The position numbers and the translations under genes are program-made. This document shows positions 12,765 to 26,999 of a stretch of DNA of 64,000 nt, piece by piece. The DNA comes from Octopus sinensis (lineage: Eukaryota): assembly GCF_006345805.1 (NCBI RefSeq), contig NC_043009.1:47864001-47928000 (forward strand), read 5' to 3'. The notes below the pieces were generated by a model. It did not search any database and had not been told where the DNA came from. It saw nothing but the letters and a program-made list of their open reading frames with translations. How positions within the stretch are numbered: position 1 is the first letter of the stretch; every line of letters begins with the position of its first letter.

Positions 12765-12945
12765 TGGTAGTAGTAGTAGTAGTAGTAGAAGAAGGAGAAT
12801 AAGGAAGAGAAGAAGAAGAAGAAGGAGAAGAAGGAGAAGAAGAAAAGAAGAAGAAGAAGAAGAAGAAGAAGGAGAATAAGGAGAAAAAGAAGAAGAAGAA
12901 GAAGAAAAAGAAGGGGAGGAGGAAGAGCAGTGGTTAAAAACACAT
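12675..12945. repeat. (AGT)n followed by (AGA/GGA)n compound microsatellite
   Basis: Read directly from the sequence. Confidence 0.97.
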
Positions 12946-13089
12946 CTATTGAAAATATATGCATATGGCTGGCTGTGTGAGTATAGAAAATTGTCAATGA
13001 GAATGTCCAAGTACAACCATTTAATTAACTGGTAGTATGCTTTGTCAATGGTTGCGGTGGTGTTGGTGGTGAGCATTTTCCTTATCAGC

Positions 13090-13760
13090 ACCATCATCAT
13101 GAATGAGTGTCACGTGCGTCATCATCTTCATCATCATCATTGTCATCATCACCATCTTCTTCATCATCATCATAATGATTGACCCCACCATCATCATCAT
13201 CCTTGTCATCATCGTAGTTATCACCACTGTCATCATCATCATCATCATGAATGAGTGTCATGTGCGTCATCATCTTCATCATCATCATCATAATGATTGA
13301 CCCCACCATCATCATCATCCTTGTCATCATCGTAGTTATCACCACTGTCATCATCATCATCATCATGAATGAGTGTCATGTGCGTCATCATCTTCATCAT
13401 CATCATCATAATGATTGACCCCACCATCATCATCATCCTTGTCATCATCGTAGTTATCACCACTGTCATCATCATCATCATCATCATGAATGAGTGTCAT
13501 GTGCGTCATCATCTTCATCATCATCATCATAATGATTGACCCCACCATCATCATCATCCTTGTCATCATCGTAGTTATCACCACTGTCATCATCATCATC
13601 ATCATGAATGAGTGTCATGTGCATCATCATCTTCATCATCACCATCATCATCATCATCATCATAATGATTGTTCCCACCATCATCATCATCGTAGTTATC
13701 ACCACTGTCATCATCATCATCATCATCACCACCACCACCATCATCAATATTATCAACATA
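13090..13760. repeat. ATC-rich minisatellite, about 5.5 units
   Basis: ATGAATGAGTGTCA anchors at 13099, 13247, 13365, 13486 and 13604 give periods of 148, 118, 121 and 118 bp. Confidence 0.95.
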
Positions 13761-14169
13761 ATGATTACCAATATTGGTACAAAGCCAGAAATTTCTTTTC
13801 TCGGTGGGTATGAATGTGTATGTGTGTGTGTGTGTGTGTGGTGTGTGTGTGTGTGTGGAGGTGTGGGTGAGTGGAGGATCTGTTCATTAAACTGACTCCA
13901 ATAATTGATTGGTACTTATTTCATTGATCTTGAAAGGATGAAAAGCAAAGATGACTTAGCAAGATCTTAAACTCCGAAAGTAAAACGACATAATTAAAAT
14001 ACTGCAAGGCATTTTGTCCAATACTCTACTGATCCTGTTATCTACATCATCATCATCATATCATCATCATCATCATAGTTTAACGTCCATTTTCCATGCT
14101 AGCATGGGTTGGACTATCACTAATGATAATCCTTTCTACTGGAAGCACAAAGCCTCGAATTTGGGGGAA

Positions 14170-14540
14170 GGAATTAAGTCGATTACATCGACCCCCCCCC
14201 ACCCGGTGCATAACTGGAATTTATTTAATCGACACCGAAAGGATGAAAGGCAAAGTCGACCTCAGTGGAATTTGAACCCAGAACGTAGCGAGACGAAATA
14301 CCTATTTCTTTATTACCCACAAGGGGCTAAACACAGAGGGGACAAACAAGGACAGGAAAATGGATTAAGTCGATTACAATGACCCCAGTGCGTAACTGGT
14401 ACTTAATTTATCGACCCCGAAAGGATGAAAGGCAAAGTCGACCTTGGCGGAACTTGAACTCAGAACGTAACGGCAGACGAAATACCACTAAGCATTTCAC
14501 CCAGCATGCTAACAATTCAGCCAGCTCACCGCCTTACTAA
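14170..14540 (-). mobile_element. Meta-domain-type SINE with internal duplication of about 182 bp
   Basis: Reverse complement of the family at 9990-10410. GAAAGGCAAAGTCGACC occurs twice. Confidence 0.75.
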
Positions 14541-14709
14541 CACTAATAATAATAATAATAATCAAAAGCTTATAATTTGTGGAAAGAGACCCTGTGAGAC
14601 CTCTAATAACAGGTTGCTGTCTGCTCTCACAGAATCAACCAGAGCAAACAAGACTGAGGGCTCTGAGAAGTAACACAATAATGATGACGACGATGATGAT
14701 GATGATAGG

Positions 14710-14905
14710 ATTTTAATGTACAGATTGATCATGAACATCGTGCACAACAACCAGATATTATTGTTCTGGACAAAGGGAAAAAAGATCATAGATGTGGCTC
14801 TATCTGTGGACATGAATGCAGCAGTCAAAGAACAGGAGAAAATAGGAAAATACCAGTATTTGGCTAGAGAAATACGAAGACTATAGAGGAATTCTACAAA
14901 AATGA
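14710..14905 (+). pseudogene. R4/Dong non-LTR retrotransposon fragment, restriction-like endonuclease region
   Basis: QQPDIIVLDKGK..IIDVALSVDMNAAVKEQEKIGKYQYLAREIRRL matches the PD..D..KxxKY pattern of R4/Dong. Confidence 0.8.
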
Positions 14906-14910
14906 CTTCA

Positions 14911-14952
<42 letters not shown>

Positions 14953-15109
14953 GTTATTGTTATTATGATAATAATGGTTTCATATTTTGGTACAAGGCCA
15001 GCAATTTTGAAGGAGGGATAAGTGAAAAACATGAACCCGTGTTCAACTGGTACTTATTTTATTAACCCTGAAAGGATGAAAGGCAAAGTCAACCACAGTA
15101 GAACTAAGA

Positions 15110-17184
15110 TAATGATAAAAAAAAATAATACTAAAACACAGAGAAAAGCAAAAAGTTGCCAAAAATAGAAAATACAAAGAAAGAAACAATATGAACAAAC
15201 TCCCTTTTTATAATCAAACCAGGACGATTCACTTGATATTCTTCAAGCAGATGAGAGAAATGATATCATCAGACTGAATGATGAAGAAAGCAAATTGTCT
15301 GAGGGGGTGATTTAAGAAAAAAAAATATGCCAAGTTCAATAATGAAGTAGAGTGCATGAAAGGGCAACCCCCATTTCAGGCATGAATGACCATGGGACTG
15401 CACCTAGAAGGTTACCTTCCGAGTCACAAATCTGAGCAAGGTTGTTTATGGAAGACCAGCAGTCACCCATGTATACTAGGTTCCCATGCCACCGATGCTA
15501 TCTAAGGGAAAGGTAAAGGTTGATACAACTTGGCACCAGTGATGTTGCAACTCATTTCTACAGATGAGTGAACCAGAGCAATGCGAAATAGGGTGTCTTG
15601 CTCAAGAACACAACACACAGCCCAGTCTGGGAACTGAACTCACGACCTCATGATTGTGAGCCCGATGCTTTAACCACTGAGCCATGTGGAAGCAAATAGG
15701 GAAATATACTGGAAATGTTGAGGTGCAGAAAGATGGGAGACTGGAAAGCTGTTGGATCAGATCAGGCACATGGTTGCTGGCTGAAAGAGTTCCACAAATT
15801 TCTGTGAAACCATAGGGATTTCACAGGTAAATGTGTGTGTGTGTGTGTCAAAGAGGTATTCTTTTATTCTTTTATGTGTTTCAGTAATTAGCCTGTGGCC
15901 ATGCTGGGGCATTGCCTTGAAAAATTTTAGTTGATCAAATTGACTTGGTTTAATTTTTTTAAAGTCTGGTACTTATTCTATCAGTTTGTTTTGCTGAACT
16001 GCTATGTTAGAGTGACATAGAAATACTAACACTGGCTGTCAAGTAGTGGGGAGTGGGGAACAAGCACAAACACACACACACACACACAACAGGTTTCTTT
16101 CAGTTTCCATCTACCAAATCCACTGACAAGGCTTTGATCAGCTCAGGGCTATAGTAGCAGACATTTGCATAAAGTGCTATGCAATGGGACTGAATCTGGA
16201 GCCATGTGGATGAGAAGCAAAGCAAACTCCTTATCATAAAGACACGTCTGTGCCTGGCATGTATCAATATGATTAACAAAAGGAGGAACTTGCTTAATAC
16301 TGAAAGACACATTGGAAAGAAATGCTGCATTGAAATACATATCTATTACCACTTATGTGGAATTTCATATCAGGGATAATTGCAGAAGATGTATACCAGC
16401 ATTTATACGAAACACCTATTTAATCTGATGAACAAAGAAGTCAGTAAGAAAAACAAAAACAAAAAAAAAAATGCAGAGAAACGAAAGACAAATTACCGTT
16501 CCCCAAAATGATTTTGAAGAATTGCAGAAAGAGAAGAAAATAACAAATTTATGCATTGCATGAAATGCTAATAGGAAATTGTATGGTCTAATTCTACACA
16601 CATAGAAAAAGTGGCTCCCAGAACTCTTCAAGATCTCAGAAAACCTTGGATGTCTGTTAGAAAATGCAAGGAGATATTGGAGAGTACAGATAACACTTGG
16701 AGGTGAAAGATTAACAAAAATACAGATCAGAAAAGAAATCTTTCAACAGAACAGCCTCTCTCCTATGTTGTTCATAAGCACACTAATCCCTTTGTTGATT
16801 ACAGTAAACAAAGCTAGGGAAGGGTACTTACTGGAAAGATTAGGAGTGAGTTAATCTGCTCATGTTTACAGACGATTTAACCCTTTAGCATTCAAATTAC
16901 GCTGTCAGATGTAATACTTGTTTCTTCGCATTGTTTTGAATTAATTAATCATGCATTATCTCTTGCTTCAAGATTTCAATGATGTAATTGTTTATTTTTT
17001 TTGGAATGACATTGTAGGGAAGGGGTGAGAGACCAGATCTGGTTGGTTTGAACAGAAAACAGGAAGAAAATTTGGGCTGAATGCTGTTGGCTTAAATGCT
17101 TCACGTTCAGAAATGAGAAATGTGCTATGATGGAGGTGAAGCAAGGAAAATTTATAGTAAGTGCTGGAATGAATCAACCTGATG

Positions 17185-17222
<38 letters not shown>

Positions 17223-17229
17223 CATAATC

Positions 17230-17268
<39 letters not shown>

Positions 17269-18290
17269 TATAATTGTTAAATGTAGAAGAAGAATTTAAC
17301 AACCTTAGAATTCTTAAAAAAATATTATTTAATGGAAACAAAAATGTCTTCTGTAGAGAATATCTTTTAAGAAAGAAGATTTTAAAATCCAAATTGAATT
17401 TGGGAAATATTCACATAAGCAATCAACAAGAGGGAAGTATTAGTAATAAAATATGGAGCAGGAATTATTGAGTGGATCTAAAATAAGCTGAATGATATTG
17501 ACAGGAAAACAAGGAAGCAACTTATAATGCATAAAAGCATGCATCCCCAACCAGAAGTAAACCGATTGGTTATACAGGAAGAGAACAGGAAGAAGAGGAA
17601 GAGTGTTAAAGTGTATCAATAAGATAGTAGAACTAGAGAAAGCAAGTCTAAGTTTCAATCCAGATGTAAAAGAAGTTCTTCTTAAAGAGATAATAACTGA
17701 AGGACTATTTACAGAATTTTAAAGCCCTGGCAGAGAAGGAAAAAAAAAAAAACGATGAGAAAACAGGAATATGTAGAAAAAATGGAAACCAAACTTTGAA
17801 GGAAGAAAGCATCATTCAGTATTTTTTTGAAGAGACAAAAGAGATGAAGCATGACAATGACAGCTGGTTCTGGTTACAAAAGGAATGTTGAAGAAAGGAA
17901 GATCAAAGATATGATTTTAGCTGCACACAAGCAAGCCCTAAGGGTAAACTTGATCAAGAAAATGAGAGATCATCAGGGCTGTTTGACCAAATGTAGAATG
18001 CATACAAAGTGAGCTGAGAATGAATACAAAAGAAAAAAAAATGAAGTCATGATAAAATTGCCGCAATAATTCATTGGAATTTTGCAAGAGATTTGGCCTT
18101 GCATGCACAAAAAAGAGTTATGAAAATCCTTGAAAATGATAAAGCAAATTTGTAATGGGATTTTCTCATGCAACTTGAAAGGATAGATACTGTAGTAGAT
18201 AATAATAAGAAACTATTTCTTGTAATAGATGTGGCATTCTTATTTGATGTTAAGTAAAAGAAAAAGTAGAGTTATTATACAAACATCAGC
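15110..18290 (+). pseudogene. Old, fragmented R4/Dong element interrupted by SINEs, a MITE and (TAA)n
   Basis: Collinear degenerate motifs: KMGDWKAVGSDQAHGCWLKE (about 15730), MWNFISGIIAEDVYQHL, KMILKNCRKR, IRKEIFQQNSLSPMLF...LMFTDDL (RT, 16730-16880), YGAGIIEW..IDRKTRKQLIMHKSMHP (about 17450) and VIDVA (about 18230). Many stops and frameshifts. Confidence 0.85.
16877..17100 (+). mobile_element. TTAA-targeting (piggyBac-type) MITE; related copy about 57512-57710
   Basis: TTAA|CCCTTTAGCATTCA... is inserted at the TTAA within the DDL codons of the Dong RT motif. Confidence 0.65.
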
Positions 18291-21004
18291 ATTATTAAAT
18301 GTTCACTTTATTATGCTTGCATGGGTCAGATAGAATTGTGTTGAGGGAGATATTCAATGGTCAAACTGCCCTTCCCATTGCCAAATCTCACCTGTTTCCA
18401 AGCAAGGCAATATTTCTCCATGACCAGACATGTTCTTCACAGAAGACCAGAAATCAATAACATTGCTTGTATGGCAGTGGCACTCATTTACGACATCACA
18501 TAATTTCATGACAAGGCTACACACAAACATACACTCAAATATGTATAACATCATCATCATCATCATTTAACGTTTGTGTTTCATGCTGGAATGGGTTGGA
18601 TGGTTTGACAGGAGCTGACAAGCTGGAGGGCTGCACTAATCTCCAGTAGGATGTTTTGGTATGTTTTCTACGGCTGGATGCCCTTCCTAATGCCAAACCA
18701 CATTACAGTATGCACTGGGTACCTTTTACCTGGTACTAGCATAGGTGCATTTTACATGGCACCAGTACTTGCAGGGTTGCCAAGTGGCTTGCAAGACAAT
18801 GAAGTCTCAGCTGAGAGAAGGACAGGAACTAAGGGAAGTGGGTGTGTAAAGTGTCAGGTGAGAGGTTGGTGTATGATAAAAGCGCCAAGGATAGCTGTTT
18901 TACAACAGAAGAAGCACTAAAAAGTTTCAGCTTGAGTGTATATGTGTGTGTATATATATATATATATATCAAAATCGCAGACGTGGCTGATGACAGTATT
19001 GCCTGATTGGCACTCGTGCCAGTGGAACTTTAAAAGCAAATCCGAATGTGGGATGTAACCAGCCCACTTATGAGTACCCCTCATTCATTGGACAATGAAC
19101 TTTGCTCGCAAAAACCTATGGTTGCAAGTGAAAACAAATCAAAGTCGCTGACGTGGCCGATGACAGTGCCGCCTGATAGGCACTTGTGTCAGTGGAACGT
19201 TAAAAGAACATCCGAGCGTGATCGTTGCCAGGGCCACAGATTGGCTTCTATGCTGGTGGCACATGAAAAGCACCATTTGAGCATGATCGTTGCTTACCGG
19301 CACATGTGATGGTGGCACGTGAAAAACAACATTCGATTGTGGTCATTGCCAGTGCTGCCGGACTCACTCTGGTGCAGCTAGCACATAAAAAACACCTTTT
19401 GAGCATAGTCATTGCCAGAACCGCCTGACTGGCCCCCATGCTGGGGGTCACGTAAAAGCACCCACTCCACTCTCAGCGTGGCTGGCATTAGGAAGGGAAT
19501 CCAGCTGTAGAAACTTTGCCAGATCAGATTGAGTCTGGTGCAGCCTCTGGCTCACCAGTCCTCAGTGAAACCGTCCAACCCATGCCATCATGGAAAGTGG
19601 ACATTAAACGATGATGATGATGATGATAATGATGATGATGATGTATATAATTCATTTGTATGGAGCCAGTACTTGACTTGCTTGTGACATTTGTATGTTC
19701 AATTTTCAAAGCTGACATGGGTGATGTGAACACATTGTTTTGCCTGAATGGTGTCCTATGAAGATACATGGAATATAATCATTCTTACACACACAGATAC
19801 ACATACATACACATGCACACACAAATATACAGTCACGCACATGTATACAACAAGACGTTCATAGATATTCACTGAGGTGTAGACAATAATTTCAGGCTGC
19901 TGCTATTCCGTATAGGTAATCCTTTGCTTAGTCAGACGAACATCCACAAGTGTGTGACTATTTATAAATAGGACTGCTTGTCGTGTAAACTCTTTGTGCA
20001 TGTGTGCACATGCACACGCGTGTGTCTGTGTATATACATATGTGTGTGTGTGTGTGTGTGTATGTATATATATGTATGTATGTACATATATATGTATGTA
20101 TGTACATGTGTGTTTGTGCGCATGTATATATATATGTGTGTGTGTGTGTATTTAATGTATGTGAATATATATATGCATATATATTAATGTATATATATTA
20201 ATATAGATAGATAGATAGACATAATTATATACATATACATACACCTATATGGTATATACATATTCCTATATACATATACATACGTATATATATATACATA
20301 TATATACTTATATATACATACATACAAAAACATACATACATATGTACGTAAATATATACACACATGCATATATGCGCACACACACACACACATACAGAAA
20401 ACAATCAAGCTAATCAGTTTGACATCACAACACGTGTACCCACACATAACCTATTCATCATTTTAGTAAATATAGCAACACCAGAAGACCATGTTCAGCA
20501 AGAGCTGACAATTCTGAACTGTATTTATTTTGAGTCAGGAAACTTCTTGATCTCTTAATCCAGATATTTCTATAAAAAGTAAGGCTGCAAATGGAACTGT
20601 GCACATCTTGAAAAATAGATTAAATTCTATATAAATACATACTCTGTAGTTATTCACAAATAATCTCTTTCACAGAGAGTGTAAAAATACATGTTCGTGT
20701 GTGCATATGTATGCATGTGTGCGTATGTGTGTACAAGCACAAGAAAGTACATCCTTAAGAAAAACTGCTTTCCCCAACATTAATTTTACTTAAAATCAAA
20801 CAAGCATATATGTTATGTATGTTTATATACATGTATGTATATGTAGTGGGGAAGCGTTTTAGTGTATATAGGTACAGATGATAAGGTCAAATGGTATTCA
20901 ATACCAGGGAGTAAATTTGTTTATGTTTAGTGCAACTGGGACCTGACAGCAATTTATTTAAATTTTACATTTTCAATCATCAGACTACATACAAAGTACC
21001 GACC

Positions 21005-21067
<63 letters not shown>

Positions 21068-21544
21068 AATTATTGTATACAGTGCTCAGGTGCACCACAA
21101 CTTGTCAGAGTATATGCAGTAATGTACAAATGTCTGGAAAGCGAACAATGCATGAGTCAGATACATGCTTGTGTGTGTATGGAGTGGGGGAGAAAATCAG
21201 GTGTAGTGTTGGCGAATCTCAGAAAGCATGGAAGTTTTGAAGGATGATGATCAGGAAGGTGAAATTCAAATAACTAGATGTGGTGCCATGTAAAAACCAC
21301 CTGCACTGGTGCCACATAAAAAGCACCTAGTGCACTCTGTAGAGTAGTTGGTATTAGGAAGGGCATCCAGCTGCAGAAACCAAGTCATAACAGACAGTTG
21401 TTACCTGGTGAAGTTCTCTGGGTTGCTAGCCCCCGTCAAACCATGCTACCCATGCCAGCATAGAAAACCAATATTAAATGATGATGATGATGATAATGAT
21501 GATATGACAAACAAGTGGAGGGATATTGTGGTAAAAGATCTGTC

Positions 21545-21830
21545 CTTAGGTATAAAGATAAACTGAAACTATCATTAAAATCTCTACAGCTTAACTTGAC
21601 ATCTTGGGAAAGTCATTGCCTAGATTGATTTGCATGGCACAAAATGTGCCAAAATGCATCAAAACAATTTGAGTTGAAGAAAAAGAACAATAAAAGAATT
21701 AAATCCTGCAATCAACAGATACATTTACTCACTCCTAGACAAAATCAAAATCACCAGTGTCCCCATAGCAAAATCTATACCTGGACCGAAATTGCATTCA
21801 TGCATCTATCGTAAATGGATGCAGCCTCTT
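21545..21830 (+). pseudogene. RTE-clade LINE C-terminal remnant
   Basis: RYKDKLKLSLKSLQLNLTSWESHCLD*FAW..FE..HQCPH fits the RTE C-terminus pattern RYKDxLKxxLK...WE..A.DR..WR. Confidence 0.7.
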
Positions 21831-22679
21831 TTTTTTTTTTTACCTTTTTTTAATTAAAGGCCATTTTCTCTTTTTCTCACTTTACTTTTCTTTTTAAACT
21901 TTATTTAAACTTTAAATACTCTCCTTCAAACACTCATAAGTCAAAACTGACGAGAGTGACTATCATTTACATATATATATATTTGTGTGTGTGTGTGTGT
22001 ATATATGTATGTATATGTGTGTAAGTGTGTCTGTGTCTGTTTGCACGTACCTTTGTCTAGACATCAGGTGACGCTTCTAAATGAATCATACAAGCAAGGT
22101 TGTGCACTTCCAATCTGCAGTCAGGCCATGATGATAATAATGATGATGATGATGATGAAGGTGATGATTATGCAATCATAAAACTGTAGAGATTTTTTTT
22201 GTTTTTTTATTTGCAAGTCAACTTCAATTTTTAGACTGCATTTTTCAGCTGGTGTAAAGAGGCTGATGACTAAACAATACTGCAGAAAAAATATAATTAG
22301 TAACGAAAGTTTATATTGTAGGGTGCATACTATAGGGCTGTCACAAGGTCCTGAATACTTCGGTACCAACCCTTAATATTTTAAGATCAACACTCTACCA
22401 CGTGTAGTTAAAACCATATAATGCCATAATGTCAGCATAACATCATATTCCACAAAAATAGTTTTGCGGTCAACAACAAACTCTGTTTTAAAGTTGACAT
22501 CAGAATGGCTTCACTTAACCATTGGCTTACTGCTTAGATAGATTGTCCATTGTTGCAAGTTGAATTAAACCATAGATTATCCATTGTACACGGCATGATC
22601 ACACTTTCCTAGTTAAGTCCATGCTAGATTATGGAGCTGGTCAAGTGGTTCTCAAAATTAGGACACTGAATATATATAT

Positions 22680-22830
22680 AGTCAATCCAAACATGAGCAA
22701 GCAAGAAAAAGCAACAACGTGAGGATGTGGAATAAGTACAGTGTTATTGGACACTCAGGAAAGGAAAGAAAAGAAAGAGGATTTAACATTTCAAGCATAG
22801 CTCTTCATCTGAGATATAGAAAAAGTCCAA
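22680..22830 (-). mobile_element. Penelope-like terminal remnant with decayed hammerhead motif
   Basis: Minus strand reads CAGATGA-A-GAGC-TAT-GCTT-GAAATGTT, a decayed form of CTGATGA-A-GAGC..GCTC-GAAACGTT. Confidence 0.55.
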
Positions 22831-23196
22831 AAAAGAGAAGAAGGAGAAAGAAAATCGCCATTGATACACACACACACGTACGTATGTATGTATATGCCCA
22901 TCAAGCCAAGTAAATTCATAGTCATGGTAGATACTGGTGTCATGCAAATGGCACCCATGCTGGTGGCACATAAAAGCACCTATTACACCCTCAGAGTGGT
23001 TGCTCTTTATATATATATATATATATATATATATTAAGCAATAAAGGGTTTAGCAACGAATTGCCTTACCACATACCGAATTTAGAAATAGCAGTCAAAG
23101 AGTTATAGCTATTTCTTCTACTAAAAAGGGAGATCTCAGTAAAAACAGCAATTGGAAGGCAGACACAAACAGGTATATATATATGTATGTATATTT

Positions 23197-23232
<36 letters not shown>

Positions 23233-23270
23233 GTAGATAGATACACACACACACACACACACATATCATT

Positions 23271-23383
23271 ATTAATAATAAAGAGTGTGGAGACTTGTAT
23301 GTCATGGGTCATTATAATAAGCTGTATATAACTATAAAATAAATTTTGTGGATGTACAAGTCTCCATACTCTTTATTATTAAT
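23271..23383. repeat. Small fold-back (29-bp arms, 55-nt spacer)
   Basis: ATTAATAATAAAGAGTGTGGAGACTTGTA and TACAAGTCTCCATACTCTTTATTATTAAT pair with one mismatch. Confidence 0.85.
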
Positions 23384-23471
23384 GATAATATCTACTCCAG
23401 ACAATTTTTACCATTTAGTGAAGTGTACACGGAATTAACCATTGGAAGAATTCATGGAGCCACTAACAACA

Positions 23472-23504
<33 letters not shown>

Positions 23505-23521
23505 ATTATTACTACTACTAC

Positions 23522-23569
<48 letters not shown>

Positions 23570-24240
23570 AAATAAACTGCAAATCCACCAGCATGGATTT
23601 AGGCAAGCTAGATGTTTTTTTTTTTTGTGCTCATGCACAACGAAGTGTAAAATGGGACCCAAATTCTTCTTTTACAGCTATAACCAGCATTTTGTTGCTG
23701 AATTAAACATAATGTCTTCATTTTGAAATATATATCAATATATATATATATATATATATACATATGTATTTAAAACAGAAGGGAAAGCAACAGGCAGAGA
23801 AATACAACTGAAAGAAAGAGAAAGAGACAGAGAGAGATGAGGAAAGACAGAAAGAGCGAGAGAGAGAGCAACACATAATGTCTACATGTATAACCATACA
23901 TAATGAGAAAATATTTATTGTTCCATTACAAGTAGACAATTGCACGACCTTTTAAGGTCAAAGGTATCCCCCCATAGGGTGATTAATTCAGAGGAGCAGC
24001 AAAGTGATGCTGTTATGTTATGAGCATTCATCACTCGAATTGCATTAGTAGAAACTAGTAGAAATGTAATAAAAATATATTACGAAATGAAGCTAGATTT
24101 TTACCAGGAATTTATCTCTTAACATTTATTGTTTGTCACATAAGCATGCATATGTATGTGTATAGAGTGTGTGTGTTTGTGTGTGCATGCACATATTCTA
24201 ATGCACATACATACATACATACATACATGCATACATAAAT

Positions 24241-24277
<37 letters not shown>

Positions 24278-24526
24278 TACATACATACATACATACATAC
24301 AAAACATCAAGCTGGAGAATTTGTTGGTATTATTTATTCACCATTTCACATGTTTCATTTGCTAATAGGAATTACAGAGTTTTACATGCTAGATAGACAT
24401 GTAAAAAAATTTCCTATGAGAAATTCTTCAGACAGAGAAAATAACTTCATATTGGATTTTAATAATGGAATAGGCAGATGTTCTTCAAGAGGAAACAGCT
24501 GGGATTTTACCTTACCTTCCAACATA

Positions 24527-24579
<53 letters not shown>

Positions 24580-24599
24580 TACATATGTATATATTTCTC

Positions 24600-24940
24600 A
24601 TACCATTCCATTTGTTTCACCAGTATCTTTATTCTCTCACATTCGTTTACACCATTCTCATCTCCTCTCACAAACGCCTTCACTCCACCCACCTAATGAT
24701 TACACACACACACACCACATCCCTCGTATTTCAAATTCCAGACATGAATATACTCTTATTCTTGCATCTATAAACCTGAAATTCCCTATCCTATTAACCC
24801 CTAACCACCCGATAGAACAACACCATTTCCACCTGATTTTTAAAATTGTTCTTTTCACTGACTATTTTTCTTTCTCTTTCCTATTTTCTTCTCTTTCTTT
24901 CTTGCGATGAAGGACTAATGCTCAAAACATTAAGGTACTC
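24600..24940 (+). mobile_element. Possible Penelope-like 3' remnant with decayed hammerhead
   Basis: A pyrimidine-rich tract is followed by GCGATGAAGGACTAATGCTCAAAACATTAA, a decayed hammerhead-type tail. Confidence 0.35.
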
Positions 24941-25476
24941 TCATTTTACATTAAAGCATTAAGCTAATACCATAATTGTCAGGCCTTGTTTCTCCTCTGT
25001 TGAGAGAGAGAGAGAAAGAGTATCCCATGCTTTTGCTAATTGTTTTAGGTGCCTGTGTAGATCCAAGCAGATACAGACATCCTTTCAGCTCAGTAGAACA
25101 TCCAGGATGTAAACAGCTGGAGAGAGACTGGGCTGCTCTAGTATTGGAATAATACTTTAAGTATTGGCCCCAAAAGGATAAAAGGAAAAGTGAACTGTTG
25201 TAGGATTTGAACTCAGAGCACAGAGAGCTGGAATAAATATTGCAATATATTCTATACAAAAGTCTAACAATTTTATCAACCACATACATACACGTACACA
25301 TTTACTCAGTAGAAGTCACAAAGTGGCTCGAGGGTCAAGAGTTTAGTGTATGACATTTCATGCATGAAACTCTCAGCCCTTGAGTCAATTTCTAACATCG
25401 CTTGATGAAAAATAGATATGTTCATGTTTTGAGAGTTCTATTTACCTTGTTTGTTCTACCAAAGCTGTGCATACAT

Positions 25477-25537
<61 letters not shown>

Positions 25538-25818
25538 CATACATTATATACCCACTCTGCAGGATGGTGGGTGTTAGGAAGGGCATCCAGTTATAAAAAC
25601 CAGGCTAAAACACACAGAGAAGTCTGGTGCAGTCTTCTACCAGGCCAGCTCCTATCAAACCAACCAACCCATCCATGCCAGCATGGAAGGCAGACATTAA
25701 ATGATGATGAAGATGATGGTGATGTTAGTATATATTTAGATATATATATATATATATATATATATTTGTAACTAATCTGTTTAAAATATTTTAAAATATT
25801 ACTTTAGTTAACAATTTA

Positions 25819-25862
<44 letters not shown>

Positions 25863-26462
25863 TATACCTACTGCTTTACCTGAGTATTTATTTATTCGTA
25901 GTGTATGTGCTTGGGTGTCCCTATGTGAAAGTTGGGACTTATAGATTTGTATCCTATTCAGAGGAGATATGCTTCTCAACTGTTTAATGCGATGAAAACT
26001 AGGACAATCTCAAGTGCACTATAGCACACTCTGGTAATGCTAATGGGCCAGAAATAGATACATAGTTTCTTTTTTATTCACATGTGAAACACATACATGT
26101 GCATGTTTATACACATGTAAGGGTATATGTATTTTTCACAGGGTTGGACAGAGAAGAGGATTTCTCCATGACGTAAACTAATAATCTTCAATATGCATTA
26201 ATATTATCTTTATAAGGACTTTATTACATTATATTTTTATCTATATTTAATTCTAAGACAGGCACAAAGCCAGCAGCTTTTTAAGGGGTGGGATTTAATC
26301 AGTTACATCAACCCCCAGTGCTCAACTGATACTTATTTTCTCTCCCCGCAAGAGAATGAAGGGCAAAGCAGAATTTGAACTCATAACATAAAGAGCTGGA
26401 CATTTTTATCTAAATCTTATAATGGTTACATAAGGAAAGAACACATTGGTTATTGTAAACAT

Positions 26463-26890
26463 AGGCATAGGAGTGGCTGTGTGGTAAGTAGCTTGCTTAC
26501 AAACCGCATGGTTCCAGGTTCAGTCTCACTGCATGGCACCTTGGGCAAGTGTCTTCTACTATAGCTTTGGGTCGACCAAAACCTTATGAGTGGATTTGGG
26601 AGACAAAACTGAAAAGGGCCCATCGTATATAAGTATATATGTGTGTACATGTGCGTATATGTTTGCATGTTTGTGTGTCTGTGTCTGTCCCCCAACATCG
26701 CTTGACAACCGATGCTGGTGTGTTTACGTCCCTGTAACTTAGTAGTTTGACAAAAGAGACCGATAGAATAAGTACTAGGCTTACAAAGAATAAGTCCTGG
26801 AGTCGATTTGCTCAATTAAAGGCGGTGCTCCAGCATGGCCACAGTCAAATGACTGAAACAAGTAAAAGAGTAAAAGAGTAAAGAGTAAAG
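26463..26890 (+). mobile_element. Full-length tRNA-derived CORE-type SINE (octopus OR-like family)
   Basis: Box A-like GGCTGTGTGG, box B-like GGTTCAGTC.CA, CORE-like GCACCTTGGGCAAGTG, internal TA/TG tract and (GTAAAAGA)n tail. Other copies lie near 2565, 5383, 11900(-), 16090(-), 29212, 32890(-), 33640(-), 36090, 39420(-), 41450(-), 57045(-) and 63705. Confidence 0.85.
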
Positions 26891-26999
26891 AGATAAACCC
26901 ACCCCTACAAAGACAGGGTGGTCTCAATTGGAGTGCCTTTGCTGATACTGGTGTAATTGTAATTTAGTTTTAATCATCTGTAGGTAAATGTCTGTAGAT

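Noticed and set aside
13090-13760. CRISPR-like repeat/spacer array
   Set aside because: The units are simple tandem copies without unique spacers, the DNA is eukaryotic, and there are no cas genes.
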